From Pantanalinema sp. (GTDB taxonomy: Bacteria > Cyanobacteriota > Sericytochromatia > S15B-MN24 > UBA4093), in NCBI GenBank assembly GCA_036704125.1, contig DATNQI010000019.1, forward strand, positions 971 to 64,970: a stretch of 64,000 nucleotides of DNA. Direction: 5' to 3'. The position numbers were made by a program, and so were the translations under genes. Shown one piece after another: positions 62,598-64,000 of this stretch; within the stretch, counting starts at the first letter, position 1; every line of letters starts with the position of its first letter. A model generated the notes under the pieces. It ran no database searches and was not told the origin of the DNA. It saw only the letters and a list, made by a program, of their open reading frames with translations.

Positions 62598-64000
62598 CAC
62601 GGGGTGCCTCCTGCGGCGCTCCACTGGAGCGCCTTGAGCGGGTCGACCAGGCCGTAGCCGGTCTCGTTGCTGAAGCCGCCGGCGGAAAGGGGCTTTGCCG
62701 TCGCGATCAGGCGGGCGCGGACCTGGGAGGGGCTGAGCGACTGGCCGCGGGCCCTGGCGTCGGCGATGACGAGGGCCGCCACGCCGCTCACCACCGGGGT
62801 CGCCATGGAGGTGCCGCTCAGGACGCCGTAGTTCAGGGGAAGGCGCCCCGACTCGTAGAAGCTGTAGGTCGGCAGCGTCGAGTAGATCCCGTCGTTGAAC
62901 TTGCTGGCGTCGCCGACGCCGCTGCTGCCCCCGGGGGCGACCAGCGAGACCTCGGGGCCGCGGTTGCTGTAGCCGGGGATGGAGGTTGCGGAGCCCTCCT
63001 TGCCCGAGGTGGCCCCGACGCAGATCACCCCCGCGTAGGCCGCCGGGTAGTAGACCGCTCCGTAGCCGTTGCCCGAGGCGATCACGACGGTGACCCCCTT
63101 GGCCATGTCGTAGGCCAGCACGTCGGCCAAGAGCTGGCTGGGCTCGGGACCGCCCACCGAGAGGTTGATGACGTCGGCCCCCGCGTCGGCCGCGTCCTTG
63201 AGGCCCTGGGCGATCGCGAAGTCCGAGCCCGAGCCGTCGGCGCGCATGACCTTGACCGGCAGGATGGAGACGCCGGGGGCGACCCCCACCATGCCGCCGT
63301 TGTCGCCCGCGGCCCCCAGGATCCCGGCCACGTGGGTGCCGTGGCCGTTGCCGTCCTTGAAGGCGTAGGGGGTGTTGCCGGTGCCGAGGGTGGTGTCGCC
63401 CTCCACCTCGTCGATATAGAAGGGGGCGCCCTCCGAGGTGCTCGCGACGCGCGTGGAGAGCTTGGGATAGTTCTCGAAGATCCCCGCCGGCACCCTGGCG
63501 ATGTTGGGGGCGAGATCCGGGTGGCTCGCGTCCACGCCGGTGTCCACCACGGCGACCGTCACGCCCTTGCCGGGCGGCGAGGCCTGCGAGGCGGTGGCGA
63601 AGCTCGTGGAGTTCCAGGCCGCGTTCATGTCGATCCCGCGCTGTGCGCGCAGGTACCACTGGTACTGGCTGCTGGCCTCGCTCGGAGCGTAGGCCTGGGT
63701 CCGGCGCACGTAGTTGGGCTCGGCGTACTCGAAGGCCTCATGGCGGCTCAGGGCACTGCGCAGGGCCGCCGCGTCGCCCTGGATGGTCCAGCGCTCGGTG
63801 TCGGGCAGGATGGCGTCGACCTGCTGGACGCCGTGGGTGAGCCGCAGGGCCTCGCGTTCGCTTTGGCCGGTCTCGGCCTTGAACTTGACGATGAGCTCAC
63901 CTTCGACCTGGGGGCTCGCCGAGCGCGAGGCCCCGGGGGCGGTGCCCCAGAAGGCCTGACAGCCGGTGACGGCCAAGGTGAGGGCGAGTGCCGCCCCGAA
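62597..64000 (-). CDS. subtilisin-like serine protease (peptidase S8) with I9 propeptide; 5' end beyond window
   Basis: The D/H/S triad is present (VVDTGVDASHPD, HGTHVAGILG, GTSMATPVVSG). Its signal peptide continues past position 64000 (…ALALTLAVTGCQAF). Confidence 0.85.
   Translation of the reverse strand, partial: FGAALALTLAVTGCQAFWGTAPGASRSASPQVEGELIVKFKAETGQSEREALRLTHGVQQVDAILPDTERWTIQGDAAALRSALSRHEAFEYAEPNYVRRTQAYAPSEASSQYQWYLRAQRGIDMNAAWNSTSFATASQASPPGKGVTVAVVDTGVDASHPDLAPNIARVPAGIFENYPKLSTRVASTSEGAPFYIDEVEGDTTLGTGNTPYAFKDGNGHGTHVAGILGAAGDNGGMVGVAPGVSILPVKVMRADGSGSDFAIAQGLKDAADAGADVINLSVGGPEPSQLLADVLAYDMAKGVTVVIASGNGYGAVYYPAAYAGVICVGATSGKEGSATSIPGYSNRGPEVSLVAPGGSSGVGDASKFNDGIYSTLPTYSFYESGRLPLNYGVLSGTSMATPVVSGVAALVIADARARGQSLSPSQVRARLIATAKPLSAGGFSNETGYGLVDPLKALQWSAAGGTP

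Noticed and set aside
61269-63659. Single 796-aa ORF spanning the CarbopepD-like lipoprotein and S8 region
   Set aside because: The first 350 aa are an R/G-rich reverse-frame artefact over the S8 protease gene. The real gene starts at ATG 62597 with a lipobox and overlaps the S8 stop (ATGA).

Overview
This 64-kb window comes from a high-GC (~68-70%) bacterium with strong GC3 codon bias, frequent GTG/TTG starts, Shine-Dalgarno sites of the GGAGG type and many ATGA start/stop overlaps. Taxon was not identified. Most of the window is chromosomal housekeeping/core-type content. It holds a five-gene exo/capsular polysaccharide export cluster (Wzx-like flippase, Wzc-like BY-kinase co-polymerase, Wzy/O-antigen-ligase-like, Wza-like exporter, priming sugar phosphotransferase). 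Recognisable housekeeping genes are thrS, hemA, lepA, mutS2, queF, an Fmt-family formyltransferase, an ABC-F ATPase, a guanylate-kinase-like gene, an M16 peptidase and an MFS transporter. There are two two-component systems, one headed by a CHASE-domain histidine kinase. Several secreted or lipoprotein proteases are present (a clostripain-like peptidase and two S8 subtilases). A Ser/Thr signalling cluster combines two FHA proteins, a pseudokinase::PP2C fusion and a zinc-ribbon Ser/Thr kinase. Several patches look accessory or degraded. One is a solitary gamma-class N6-adenine methyltransferase next to a CYTH protein, an internally deleted YhcG/DUF1016 nuclease pseudogene and an AddB-like nuclease plus nuclease-less UvrD-like helicase pair. 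Another is a catalytically dead, truncated serine-recombinase-like gene beside an AT-rich palindromic spacer. A two-copy REP/MITE-like palindromic element sits just after stop codons at about 17.3 kb and 34.2 kb. A roughly 900-bp purine-rich stretch with no credible ORF (35.15-36.1 kb) ends in a GNRA-loop intrinsic terminator; I flag it as a candidate unclassified large ncRNA. No tRNA, rRNA or CRISPR array was found. Many strong intrinsic terminators with perfect hairpins are annotated.
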